From the IMG/VR virus record IMGVR_UViG_3300017743_000005, positions 2,804 through 66,803 of that record: a DNA stretch of 64,000 nucleotides; one strand, written 5' to 3'. The notes under the pieces are model-generated. The model saw only the letters and a program-made list of their open reading frames with translations, was not told where the DNA came from and did no database searches. Below are positions 1-9,540 of this stretch, piece by piece (within the stretch, counting starts at the first letter, position 1; each line of letters starts with the position of its first letter). A program made the translations under genes and the position numbers. This stretch comes from a virus.

Positions 1-1323
1 ACTTATTCCAAGTCCTGCACTTAATTTTGAAACTAATTCTATTTGTCCACGGGTAACATGATTAACATTTCCAAATTCTTCTACCAATGCTTTTGCCGAT
101 CCAACTGCATCTTCTATACTTACTCCAAAATATGCCAATTCTTTATTTACCGATATTGCATCTTTTTGAATTTGTTCCATTGCTCCATACGATAAACCAA
201 GTTCATCACGAAATTCTGCGGTAGTTTTTTCAAGTGCCTGAAATCTTGAAAATGCCAATGCCAATAATGCTACTATACTTCCAATTATTAACACAGGACC
301 TGTAAGTACCGACGAAATCATTCCACCGATACCACTCATAGCACCCACGAAATCGTCTGCACCTGCTTTTAATGAATCTGATAGAGTTGCACCGGGTTTG
401 GCAGCCTCTTGTTGCATTTTTAGAAAACCGTGTGTGAATTTTTCTTTTACTATCTTGGTTGCTTCTTCTAAAGGTTTTTGTACACTTGTTGCTAGTATTC
501 CTCCTATAAGTGGAATTTTTTTAATTGTATTTAAAATTCCACTTTGCATTGCATCTATTTCACTGTGAAATTCTTTAATTAAATCTTTGTTATCCTCAAG
601 AAGTTCTTTCATATTATCCCCAAGTCCTTCTATAATATTTTCTAAATCAGAAGTTACATCGAGATGTTCTTTTGCAGTTTTTATTAATTCACGTGAATTT
701 TTAGTTATTTCCATTCGCATATCATATATGCTTTTATCCTGACCCAGTAAATCAGTTGCTTTGGATAGTTCTTCGTCTCTTAATTTAACAAGTGCTGTTT
801 GTTGTCCTGCTATATCTGCAATCCGTGTTTTTTCTAGTTCAATAGAGTAACCTATTTCTCTGACTATATTTAATTGATCTGCATATCCTGCATCTGTTTT
901 TTCCATCAAAGAAAGTTTTGTTTGTGAATTTACTAGTTCACTTTGCAAATTTGGTATAAGTTTCTCATGTGATTCTGCTATCAAATTTTGTGCATTTGCA
1001 ATTCTGTCATTTAATGAAAACATTTGTTGCAGAATTTTTTCTTCAAGTTCGTGTTCGGTATTTGCTTTCGTTAATTCACGTGTAATTGATAATGACTCAT
1101 TTTTTATTTTTTCATACATAGCAGCCGATGTAGTAAGCTGCGTGGATAATTGTTTTACTTTATCACCTCCTACAATATTTATAGCAGAATCTATTTCACC
1201 TGAATTTAAATTTTCAGTAATTTGCTTTGTAATATCGTTAATTTCAGATTGGGTGGGTAATAACCCACCTTCAATTGATTTTTGAAGTTGTGAAGCAAAA
1301 CTATGTATGTCACTATCTTCCAT
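1..1323 (-). CDS. Tape measure protein, N-terminal part (runs off the window; absent from the ORF track)
   Basis: Manual translation from ATG at 1323 (MEDSDIHSFASQLQKSIEGG...) stays open to base 1. It is helical and coiled-coil-like with hydrophobic stretches (KKIPLIGGILA, GPVLIIGSIVALLALAF) and lies downstream of the tube and chaperone genes. Confidence 0.75.
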   Translation of the reverse strand, partial: MEDSDIHSFASQLQKSIEGGLLPTQSEINDITKQITENLNSGEIDSAINIVGGDKVKQLSTQLTTSAAMYEKIKNESLSITRELTKANTEHELEEKILQQMFSLNDRIANAQNLIAESHEKLIPNLQSELVNSQTKLSLMEKTDAGYADQLNIVREIGYSIELEKTRIADIAGQQTALVKLRDEELSKATDLLGQDKSIYDMRMEITKNSRELIKTAKEHLDVTSDLENIIEGLGDNMKELLEDNKDLIKEFHSEIDAMQSGILNTIKKIPLIGGILATSVQKPLEEATKIVKEKFTHGFLKMQQEAAKPGATLSDSLKAGADDFVGAMSGIGGMISSVLTGPVLIIGSIVALLALAFSRFQALEKTTAEFRDELGLSYGAMEQIQKDAISVNKELAYFGVSIEDAVGSAKALVEEFGNVNHVTRGQIELVSKLSAGLGIS

Positions 1324-1326
1324 ATA

Positions 1327-1584
1327 TTAAATTTCGATATAATCTTTTACGTTTGGGTCTTTTGCTAATGCTTTTTTTAAATCTTCTTTACTTGACAATC
1401 CAATTCTTTTTAGTTCTTGACGAAATTTTTCAGTATTATCGATATACTTTTGTAAAGAATTTGCCAAACGAGGATCTTCTAATTTGCTTTTTCCGATTTT
1501 TCTTGCTTTGCCTTTAAAAACTGCATTTACCAACCCACCTATAAATTCATTTAATTGTTGTTCTTGTTCTGTTATATTTTTCAT
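1327..1584 (-). CDS. Hypothetical protein (85 aa)
   Basis: ORF track; preceded by the TATTTAT motif at 1604-1611 and abuts the tape measure start. Confidence 0.65.
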   Translation of the reverse strand: MKNITEQEQQLNEFIGGLVNAVFKGKARKIGKSKLEDPRLANSLQKYIDNTEKFRQELKRIGLSSKEDLKKALAKDPNVKDYIEI

Positions 1585-1612
1585 GTCGTTTTTTATTTTA
1601 TGTTATAAATAC

Positions 1613-1644
1613 AAAAAGTCGTATATATTGATAAATATACGACT
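1613..1644 (-). terminator. Intrinsic terminator-like hairpin
   Basis: 10-bp inverted repeat agtcgtatat/atatacgact followed by a T-run on the minus strand, just after the gp51-like ORF. Confidence 0.55.
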
Positions 1645-1679
1645 CCTGTAAATTAAGTTAAACGATTAACTAAATAATT

Positions 1680-1928
1680 TTACCTAAATTTGCTTGGCAT
1701 ATTTGACTTACTTGGCATACTACCTGGTGACTTAGATTTTGCCGATGCCTGTGCTTTTTCAACTTGTTCATTTTCTTTGTTGCGAATGTCGACAAGTTTT
1801 CTGATATAGAATCTGCGAAGGTAAATTGGTAGATTATACACAACATCTTGTGTAAAACCTCCTTGACTATAATATGCGAGGTTAAATACCTCTTCGTGTA
1901 GTTGAATTCTATATTCGGGTGGAAGGGT
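1680..1928 (-). CDS. gp51: gp51-like baseplate hub/tail assembly chaperone, probably a frameshift extension of the gp26-like gene
   Basis: Manual translation gives TLPPEYRIQLHEEVFNLAYYSQGGFTQDVVYNLPIYLRRFYIRKLVDIRNKENEQ...KFR*, which resembles the gp51/GT-type chaperone motif. No start codon precedes the conserved part. It is in the +1 frame relative to gp26 at a T7 run. Confidence 0.7.
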   Translation of the reverse strand, partial: TLPPEYRIQLHEEVFNLAYYSQGGFTQDVVYNLPIYLRRFYIRKLVDIRNKENEQVEKAQASAKSKSPGSMPSKSNMPSKFR

Positions 1929-2844
1929 AAAAAAAGTCGACCCCCAATGGGATCGTCATCCTTTCTTCGTATCCAGTATCCTCTGATTCAAAATTAAACG
2001 TCATATCCAAATCAGGAGTATTTTCCTTGATATGTTCACGAAATGCCAAACTATCACGTGCAAGTAGTTCACGATCAACAAATTGTTTGATAGAATTACG
2101 ATCATCGTTTCCATCAATTGCTTTAATTACATACTTCAATCGTGTAGTAACCTCACTTGTTTCGTTTTTGTTTTTTGTAAACTTTTTCATTGCTTTCAGT
2201 TCGGCATCAATGTTTTGTTCATCTTTATGTGACAACAAACTCCAATGAACTTTCTTTTTGCAAAATGGAAGTTCAAACTCAAACAAATTAGATCCACGTT
2301 CGTGATTACCAAATTCAAATTCTTTTGCTTCAATTTTAGATAAATCAATTACATCTTGCACATCTTCGTTCGTAGATGGGTCTTTAAACTTGATATTATA
2401 GTCTTTTCCGTATGCAAGAATACGAGCAGCTATAAAAATAGCATTTTTATCACCAACCAATACATCATTAAGATTGACACCAGGAGTTGCGATTAGTGCT
2501 TCTAGAAGTTTATCAAGAACGACTCCTTTTTTAATTAAATTCTGACTTGTAAGAATATCTTCCTCACGTGCAGTCATGTATTTAATATCAATTTTACCAG
2601 AAGCAAGTGGAGAAGTTGATTCATAGAACCACCCCTTACTTGGTAGATCAACAACTTCAGTTGGGTATTCTACCTTCTGAACAACATCCGTTGACTTACT
2701 TGCAGTTGAAGAATGTGTCTGTTGTGTATTTTCAGTTGCCGTGTTGGTCGTTGCACTTTTAGTTGCACCCGATGCGTTATTGTTTCGTTGTAATGCCTCT
2801 CTTACTTCCTGAGGAATATCTACTTTATCATTTTCGTTTGCCAT
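1909..2844 (-). CDS. gp26: gp26-like baseplate hub subunit / tail assembly chaperone
   Basis: Motifs VDLPSKG, KYMTAREEDIL, FELPFCKK and C-terminal IPLGVDFF; lies between the tube and tape measure genes. Confidence 0.75.
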   Translation of the reverse strand: MANENDKVDIPQEVREALQRNNNASGATKSATTNTATENTQQTHSSTASKSTDVVQKVEYPTEVVDLPSKGWFYESTSPLASGKIDIKYMTAREEDILTSQNLIKKGVVLDKLLEALIATPGVNLNDVLVGDKNAIFIAARILAYGKDYNIKFKDPSTNEDVQDVIDLSKIEAKEFEFGNHERGSNLFEFELPFCKKKVHWSLLSHKDEQNIDAELKAMKKFTKNKNETSEVTTRLKYVIKAIDGNDDRNSIKQFVDRELLARDSLAFREHIKENTPDLDMTFNFESEDTGYEERMTIPLGVDFFYPSTRI

Positions 2845-2879
2845 AATTTGTAACCTTTTAAATTGTATAATTTATATAT

Positions 2880-2908
2880 ACTATAAATATACATATATAC
2901 AATGGCAA
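2880..2908 (-). promoter_or_regulatory. Sigma70-like promoter overlapping the TATTTAT motif
   Basis: Minus strand reads TTGCCA-N17-TATAGT; the 3' end of the spacer and the -10 contain TATATTTATAG. Confidence 0.45.
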
Positions 2909-2924
2909 GTTTTTTTTGCAATGT

Positions 2925-3269
2925 TTATGATTTTAATGCAAACTTTAAGATATCTGCGTGTTCACTGTAATCAAAAAATTCTTTGTCTTTTTTATTTTTC
3001 CAAGACTTGTATAAAAGTATTCCAAGTTTAGCATCACTAATTACAATTTCCTTGCCACCCTTGGTTACAAATTTCATTCTACCCGATGTAGTGTCTACAT
3101 CATAGTTTCTTTGTAATGTTCCTTTTCTAACATGACTCAATAAAAACTTAAGCAGTGAATTCATAGCAGAATTCAAGCCTTCGTTGATATCATGTTCTTT
3201 GTATTCACTTTTAATTTCGCAAAAAAGTTCATTTACTATTTTATTAAAGTTATTTGTATTCATGATCAT
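2925..3269 (-). CDS. Hypothetical protein (about 112-114 aa)
   Basis: ORF track; TATTTAT motif at the start. Confidence 0.6.
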   Translation of the reverse strand: MIMNTNNFNKIVNELFCEIKSEYKEHDINEGLNSAMNSLLKFLLSHVRKGTLQRNYDVDTTSGRMKFVTKGGKEIVISDAKLGILLYKSWKNKKDKEFFDYSEHADILKFALKS

Positions 3270-3283
3270 AAATATATATTTAT

Positions 3284-3316
3284 AAAAAAAAAACTTCCCA
3301 TTTGGGAAGTTTTTTT
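3284..3316. terminator. Bidirectional intrinsic terminator after the tail tube gene
   Basis: aaaacttccca-t-tgggaagtttt hairpin flanked by A- and T-runs. Confidence 0.75.
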
Positions 3317-3343
3317 AAGTTTAAAAAACTGGAAAGTTTTTTT

Positions 3344-3835
3344 TTAGTATTGGAGAATTGCGTAATCGTATGAAAGAGTAAGTTCAACCGTTGAAAACTC
3401 ACCAGTTGCCCAATCAAGTGTACCTGGATTCATTGCGTTAACAAACGCACCTTTTATTGTCCATTCTTCTACGTAGTCACCAACGGGTCCTAGAACATTA
3501 ATTGTGAGGTCTTTTTTATAGAAGTCGGCATAACCATTTCTTCCTGTTACCGATTCATGTGAAAGACGAATCCATTCCATTGCAGCCTGTGCTCCAGATG
3601 GAACTACCGGATCATAAAGTGTTATTGAGATGTCCTGCCACTCTGCTTTACCTGCTCTAAGTTTTCTTTTGATATTGATATGATCAATTGTTTGAACATC
3701 AATATTAAGATTCGGTCTTGCCGTTGCTTTAATAAGATAAGATGGAAGACCATCGATATACATGATAAAACGATTTTGTGTCTTCGGTTCAAATGCCGTA
3801 AAGAACATTTCCTGTGTTTCAACTACTTGTGCCAT
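3344..3835 (-). CDS. gp19: Tail tube protein (T4 gp19 family)
   Basis: 163 aa with FEPKTQNRF, WQDISITLYDPV, YKKDLTINVLGPVG and LTLSYDYA motifs; GGAG Shine-Dalgarno (SD) site upstream. Confidence 0.9.
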   Translation of the reverse strand: MAQVVETQEMFFTAFEPKTQNRFIMYIDGLPSYLIKATARPNLNIDVQTIDHINIKRKLRAGKAEWQDISITLYDPVVPSGAQAAMEWIRLSHESVTGRNGYADFYKKDLTINVLGPVGDYVEEWTIKGAFVNAMNPGTLDWATGEFSTVELTLSYDYAILQY

Positions 3836-3953
3836 AATTTTATTTCTCCAGTTTTTGTGTTTAAATTATATTCTATAAATATATTACTAATTTTTGAAAA
3901 GTTGTTTTTTTCCTTTAATAATAATTATTTACAACATACAAAAATATATGTAT

Positions 3954-4646
3954 TTATTTTTCTTTTCTTAGTTTTTGACCAACTATTTTTGCTGACCCAT
4001 ATAAAACTGCCCCAACGAACTGCATATGTTGTGGTCCTGGCCAAGGAAATGATAATCCTATAACTCCCGTTGCGAACAATGTTAATAGTGCCATACCCTC
4101 TGGTCCTGCAAACAATTTACTTAATGTAAAACCCCCACCGAGAGCAAGAATCATATCAGTCATATCAAAATCATAATCTGCGTTGCCTGTGAATGTCATG
4201 TTTAACCAAATATAAATTAGTATTCCAGCAACTGCCATACCTGCAATTCGTTTTGTCTTTGGGTGTTTTGCTAAAAACTCATCTAGTTCTTTTAGTTTTT
4301 GCTCTGTCCATTTACCAACCTTTGTACTTGCGATATATTCACCAATTGCTTTAATAACTTCTTTATATGCCTTGAATCCTGCTTTTACAATGGAGAATAA
4401 CTTGGACATACTAAATTTTATTTTAGCAAAAAACTTGAATACAATTTTATTTTTAAACAATTTTATTAAATCGAGTAATTTTACTTTAACTAAAGATTTT
4501 AATTCAGATATAAACGACCATATTTTTTTCAACGAAGACGGAATAACCACTTCGTTTAATTTAGTTTCATTTGTAATTTGAATAGAGTCTACAAATTTGC
4601 AAAATTCAGTATATTGAATTTCGGATACGATTTCTGTTAAATTCAT
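3954..4646 (-). CDS. Predicted membrane protein between sheath and tube
   Basis: Likely start is ATG 4646 (MNLTEIV), just after the TATTTAT motif. Hydrophobic segments include IAGMAVAGILIYIWL and MALLTLFATGVIGLSF. Confidence 0.7.
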   Translation of the reverse strand: MNLTEIVSEIQYTEFCKFVDSIQITNETKLNEVVIPSSLKKIWSFISELKSLVKVKLLDLIKLFKNKIVFKFFAKIKFSMSKLFSIVKAGFKAYKEVIKAIGEYIASTKVGKWTEQKLKELDEFLAKHPKTKRIAGMAVAGILIYIWLNMTFTGNADYDFDMTDMILALGGGFTLSKLFAGPEGMALLTLFATGVIGLSFPWPGPQHMQFVGAVLYGSAKIVGQKLRKEK

Positions 4647-4674
4647 TTCCACGACTATAAATATATACCAATGC

Positions 4675-4708
4675 AAAAAAAGACCCTCCATTCGGAGGGT
4701 CTTTTTTT
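4675..4708. terminator. Intrinsic terminator after the sheath gene
   Basis: agaccctcc-attc-ggagggtct with flanking A7 and T7. Confidence 0.85.
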
Positions 4709-4729
4709 ATTTTTATTTATAATTACAAA

Positions 4730-7396
4730 TTATGCACCAAACGTAGCACCAGTTGACTGAACATTAAAATCAAGTACAATGTACTCAACAGAACGTGCAG
4801 GTTGGATAAAAATTTGACCATACATGATGTTTCTGTCAACCATCTCGGGAGTATTATTGCTATCGTCCATGATTACACGGAAAGCATATAAACCAAGTCT
4901 TTGTTGAACATTTTCAAGATAAGGATTAACTATACCCAAGAAACGATTACGAGTTGCAGTTACATTTTGCTCGAAAATTAAGAATCGTGCAGAACTTGCA
5001 ATGAACTTCTTAAGATTGATAAGCAAACGTCTAACATTAATTCTGTCTAATGCACTTGCATTTCTTTGCAATGTCTTTTGTCCGAAAGCAACAATTCCTT
5101 GACCAGGAAACGCAGCGATTGGATTAACCTTACCTTCGTATAATGTGTCTCTTTCTGCAAAATTTAATCTATCCATTACAGATACCGCAGATTCAATTCC
5201 ACCACGGTTAAGACCTGCAGGTGCAAACCATTCAGCAGAACGTTGATCGTTTGATGCAAAAACTGCCATCATCAACGCACTTGGTGGATAAGGAACTATA
5301 CGATTTGTAGCAGGATCAATGATCTTAACCCAAGGATAGTAAGTAGCTGCATAGTTAGAATCGAGAGTAGATGCTTGTGATACTGCATCATCGACACGAC
5401 CTGGTTGATTATGAGCACTTACACAATCAAGAATATAAAAACAATCTTCTCGTGTTTCACAAAGATCAACACCACGATTGATTACAGTTCTATGTAAGTC
5501 TAGTGATAAACCTGGAGTAACAATAAGGTTTATATCAAATTCGTCTTGGTTGCTTAATGCTTGAAACGCACGGATATATCCCTGAGTTCCTGGAGAAAAA
5601 CGACCAGAGCAATCAAGTCCCTGAACATTAGAAGCACTGATGTTTTTTCCTGTTCTAATTGGATGCCCAGGAGCATGACCATCAAAACCTTGTTGAAAAC
5701 CAACGAGGAATCTTCTAAGTTTACTTGTTTCAATTTCTTCCGCAACCGATGGACTTGTGTCAATAGCACTTACTGCATATTCTTCCACAACACCGTCAAC
5801 TTCTTCTTTATATGATCCAGGACGATCCATGTAATAACCAAGTCCTGCTTCACCTGCGTCGTTAGGAATTGGAGCAAATAATTCAAGTGTATCTTTTTGT
5901 GACCTTGGCAAATCGAGAATTCCATCAGGAGTATCTTCGGTAAATATTGTACCGTTGAAGTAACGACCAGGATTTCTTTCATATTGTGAAACATGACTAA
6001 AAATAGGTTGTGGAACTTCAAGACCACCAACTGGAGACATATATGATCCATGTCCGTATGGCATAGCATTTGCAGGAGCAACCATGTCAGGATTCATTTC
6101 AATACGAATCCAACGACTTGAATTTCCATAATCTCCATGCTCTGTTACCTTACCACGTGAGTCAATTGTTGTGAAACGATCACCAATTACACGTGCTATG
6201 AAGTTAGGACTATTTGGATTAAGTGTTACTGCGTCATAATTTTCAATAACATTTTGTGTTTTATCGTTGTCAAGAAAACCACGTACAACCAAACTGAATG
6301 TTCCGTAGTCTGTACCTGCTATACTTCCTGGTGTTCTAACATTATAGATACCAATTTTAATTTCACGATTGGCACTTGTTCCCATGTTACGTGTATAAAC
6401 TCTAAATAAATCGTATCTACGACCACTTATTTCCTGAGATTGAATGAATGGAGTCACGGCAGGACGACAAGCAAACTCACCACCTTCACCGAATGTTGAC
6501 AAATCAACTTCTTCTTCACCTTCTGCATTAAGAATTGTGTTTTGGAATTGCATTGTTTCTCCTGCACCAATTGCAGTTTCTACATCACAACTCAAACGAT
6601 ATGTAACACCTGCGTAGGTGTTTGCATATAAACGTTCTTGTTCATTTTCAAAATAAGAATGAAAGTAAGCAGGTTCTACATTCTTTTTTGCAGCTCTACC
6701 AAAAATATTATTTAAACTATCAGGATCACGTGGATCGAGTGAGAACGAGTAATCACTTGGAATTTCGTTACCGTTTTCGTCTTCTTTATCACCTACATTT
6801 TGAACAACTCCGTCTGAGTCTGTTGTTCTAAGTTTAATAGTAGAACGCAAATTAGAACTTACAACACTATTTCCGTCGGCATCTTCAGTTTCTGTATAAA
6901 ACATTAAGTCTGTAAGTGAATCAACTTCCGAACCACGGAAACCACTGAGGTCTACAATTGATTCTCCGGATGGAGATGTTATCAATGCGTTTGCTAACAC
7001 ACCGATTACACTATCGTCTCCGACTTCTACTGGACAACTTCCACTTTCAAGTCCGTGATATGCTTCGTATTTTTCGTCATCGACTGACTCAACGGTTGCT
7101 TTAATGATAAGAGCATCTTTTTGTTCGTATCCTCCAAGAGAACCAACACGAACAATCGTTACGACTCCTTGTTGCTTTAAATATTCTGATGCTGTAAATG
7201 GTTGGTAATATTCACCATCTGCCGTTCCGAATAAATCTTCAAGTTCTGCACCTGAAGTGATGATCGTTGGTGCGTATGCCGGACCTCTATTAAAAGGACC
7301 TACGACTGCTCCTCCGATTTGTTGAACTCCTTGGGAAAGAAGTGATGAATCAATTTCATTCGTGAAAACTGCTGGACTAATTGTTCGTTCTGCCAT
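4730..7396 (-). CDS. gp18: Tail sheath protein
   Basis: N-terminal ISPAVFTNEID and VVGPFNRGP; C-terminal YYPW, WFAPAGLNRG, LDRINVRRL and FEQN; GGAG SD. Confidence 0.95.
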   Translation of the reverse strand: MAERTISPAVFTNEIDSSLLSQGVQQIGGAVVGPFNRGPAYAPTIITSGAELEDLFGTADGEYYQPFTASEYLKQQGVVTIVRVGSLGGYEQKDALIIKATVESVDDEKYEAYHGLESGSCPVEVGDDSVIGVLANALITSPSGESIVDLSGFRGSEVDSLTDLMFYTETEDADGNSVVSSNLRSTIKLRTTDSDGVVQNVGDKEDENGNEIPSDYSFSLDPRDPDSLNNIFGRAAKKNVEPAYFHSYFENEQERLYANTYAGVTYRLSCDVETAIGAGETMQFQNTILNAEGEEEVDLSTFGEGGEFACRPAVTPFIQSQEISGRRYDLFRVYTRNMGTSANREIKIGIYNVRTPGSIAGTDYGTFSLVVRGFLDNDKTQNVIENYDAVTLNPNSPNFIARVIGDRFTTIDSRGKVTEHGDYGNSSRWIRIEMNPDMVAPANAMPYGHGSYMSPVGGLEVPQPIFSHVSQYERNPGRYFNGTIFTEDTPDGILDLPRSQKDTLELFAPIPNDAGEAGLGYYMDRPGSYKEEVDGVVEEYAVSAIDTSPSVAEEIETSKLRRFLVGFQQGFDGHAPGHPIRTGKNISASNVQGLDCSGRFSPGTQGYIRAFQALSNQDEFDINLIVTPGLSLDLHRTVINRGVDLCETREDCFYILDCVSAHNQPGRVDDAVSQASTLDSNYAATYYPWVKIIDPATNRIVPYPPSALMMAVFASNDQRSAEWFAPAGLNRGGIESAVSVMDRLNFAERDTLYEGKVNPIAAFPGQGIVAFGQKTLQRNASALDRINVRRLLINLKKFIASSARFLIFEQNVTATRNRFLGIVNPYLENVQQRLGLYAFRVIMDDSNNTPEMVDRNIMYGQIFIQPARSVEYIVLDFNVQSTGATFGA

Positions 7397-7508
7397 TGCT
7401 GGATCTCCTATTTGGGTTGTTGTATTGTGTAATAATTAAAGTTTGACCTTTTTTAGAATAAATATTCTTGAAAATTTTCAAAGTTTAATATTTATAGACA
7501 AATAGTAA

Positions 7509-7781
7509 TTATTTTTTAATATATACCCCAAATTGTACATCAATCTCACCTTCACCGTATTTTTCGTGTAATCTTTCTTTGAACAAAACCTCTCGTTTGG
7601 TTATGTCACTAAAATCAGAGTGAGCATTGGTTTTCATGTCTGCAATTTCAGTTAAACGAACTTTAATTTGCTTTTCTTCAATTTCATATTCACCAAGTGA
7701 TAATACAATTTTTTGGTAATCGGAGTTTAATCTCGATATTTCGGATATTTCATCTTTACTTAATTCTATTTTATTTTCCAT
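7509..7781 (-). CDS. Small coiled-coil hypothetical protein
   Basis: Start reassigned to ATG 7781 (MENKIEL); ends in EKYGEGEIDV. Confidence 0.65.
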   Translation of the reverse strand: MENKIELSKDEISEISRLNSDYQKIVLSLGEYEIEEKQIKVRLTEIADMKTNAHSDFSDITKREVLFKERLHEKYGEGEIDVQFGVYIKK

Positions 7782-7788
7782 TATGATA

Positions 7789-7817
7789 ATGATACGCAAT
7801 TTATGAAATAAAATCAA
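7789..7817 (-). promoter_or_regulatory. Sigma70-like promoter (near-leaderless mRNA)
   Basis: TTGATT-N17-TATCAT, ending 7 nt before ATG 7781. Confidence 0.55.
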
Positions 7818-7829
7818 GTAAATTAAATA

Positions 7830-9068
7830 TTATATTTTAACTATATTTAATTTTACGATTTCAACAGACGATTCATGAATCTGTATATTTAAAGTAAATT
7901 CACCGTCAAGTTTTTGTTCAAATACATCTCCGGTATAAAGTTCAATTTCGTTGCCAAGATAATCCCATATAAAAACCTCTTCGTTACTTTCATTTATTTT
8001 GGTAGAAATATTATACTTTGCCAACTCAGTTTCAATGGTATAAAATTCTTCATCCATGAGAAGTCTAATTTCATAATTGGACTCTACAGTTTCTATAAAA
8101 ATACTTTGTTTTTTTCTATCAAGTGTTATATTTTTATTATCAGAATTGGATACTGGATTAGTTTCGTGTTTGAAACTTGTACTATTAATATCATACTCAA
8201 CTCCCCATACTATCTTTCTTGGTGTAAGTGCCAATTTTGTTGTGCTTTTATTATCAAAAATCTCTGGTAATAAAAACGCGTTTACAGTTGCACTAAATGT
8301 AGTAGTTACACTTCGGTCTTCTCCATCTGAAGATTCTACTACGTTTGAAAAACTATCAATTTTCGTTCTAAATTTAAATCCACTTGGATCTCCCCAGTAA
8401 TCATCACTTGCAAACGTAATCTTTTCTACAAGTGTATTCATTTGCTCTACATATTCTGTGGACATTGTAAAATCATATGTCAGTATAACTCTATCTGGAA
8501 ATGTTACATTGTGAACTTGGTAAACACGATTTACATCATTTAGTAAACTAAACCTGTCATACATATTCTTAGAATCAAACTTTTTAACAAACGGTACACT
8601 TAAATGATTATTTATTGGAGAAAAATCATCATCTTTTGTAACACTGGTTCTTATGAAAATAATCATCGGACGTTGTACCTGTCCTTTTTTGTCACGGAAA
8701 TATCCATCGTTTTGAATCGCACTCCATCTTTCTGGAGATGCGTGTCTAACTGGTACATTTACAAGAGAACCACCTGCATCCACGACCTCAGGACGAATTA
8801 CTTTTACAAAATATTCATATAAAATATTATCTATATCAATGAGTGTTATTGAATAATCATCAAATGACTTATCATCAATTGTGTCAGTTCGTAACTTGGT
8901 TGCACGATTGTCATCATAATTACTTGATTTAGATTTTTTTAAATTAGATAATTGTTGTGAGTTATCTAAATTGGGTGGTAATTTGCCCAAAGAACTTGTA
9001 AACGAATCTTTATTGGTAGATAAATTTCGCAGAGTAACGAACGGATTATTTACAGATTCATATCCCAT
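7830..9068 (-). CDS. Tail terminator / sheath stabilizer (gp15-like) with C-terminal extension
   Basis: VPVRHASPERW, RPMIIFIRTS and LTYDFTMSTEYVEQMN motifs; follows the neck genes. Confidence 0.6.
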   Translation of the reverse strand: MGYESVNNPFVTLRNLSTNKDSFTSSLGKLPPNLDNSQQLSNLKKSKSSNYDDNRATKLRTDTIDDKSFDDYSITLIDIDNILYEYFVKVIRPEVVDAGGSLVNVPVRHASPERWSAIQNDGYFRDKKGQVQRPMIIFIRTSVTKDDDFSPINNHLSVPFVKKFDSKNMYDRFSLLNDVNRVYQVHNVTFPDRVILTYDFTMSTEYVEQMNTLVEKITFASDDYWGDPSGFKFRTKIDSFSNVVESSDGEDRSVTTTFSATVNAFLLPEIFDNKSTTKLALTPRKIVWGVEYDINSTSFKHETNPVSNSDNKNITLDRKKQSIFIETVESNYEIRLLMDEEFYTIETELAKYNISTKINESNEEVFIWDYLGNEIELYTGDVFEQKLDGEFTLNIQIHESSVEIVKLNIVKI

Positions 9069-9535
9069 TATAGTGTCCTATCAGAGATATTTAATTTACT
9101 TAGTCTTGATAAATGTGCGTTGCACAATAAACTAAAGTTTTTTTCAGGTTGTCCACCAAGGAATTGGTTTTCTACAATTGCACTTATTTCAAAATACGAA
9201 TTTTCCCAAAAAATTATATCTCCATTTTCTGGATAAAATTCTTTTATTTCACACAATTTTTGATGAAATCTAAATATAACACCTTTTTTTACATCTGGTC
9301 CAAATCCCTCATAATTAGTAGTTTCTGGATCAGAATCAACAAAGCAAGATGTCTCAATTCCAGGATAATAGAATTTATTTATACTCTCACCATATACATT
9401 CTCGTTTGTTTTATCAGAATCTACTTTAAATAAAATTATTATTTGCTCTACTATATCTAACATTAGTTCACCTGCAAGACTATTCATTAATCTTACATCT
9501 CTTTTTGAATAATACCTACCTCGGGATCTTGACAT
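9068..9535 (-). CDS. Neck / head-closure protein (gp14-like)
   Basis: NVYGES and PENGDIIFWENSYFEI motifs; position after gp13. Confidence 0.65.
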   Translation of the reverse strand: MSRSRGRYYSKRDVRLMNSLAGELMLDIVEQIIILFKVDSDKTNENVYGESINKFYYPGIETSCFVDSDPETTNYEGFGPDVKKGVIFRFHQKLCEIKEFYPENGDIIFWENSYFEISAIVENQFLGGQPEKNFSLLCNAHLSRLSKLNISDRTL

Positions 9536-9540
9536 ATCTT

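Noticed and set aside
1670-1936. Canonical -1 frameshift product of gp26
   Set aside because: The -1 frame is also open but gives a sequence with no recognisable motif, whereas the +1 frame gives the gp51-like motif. Not excluded experimentally.
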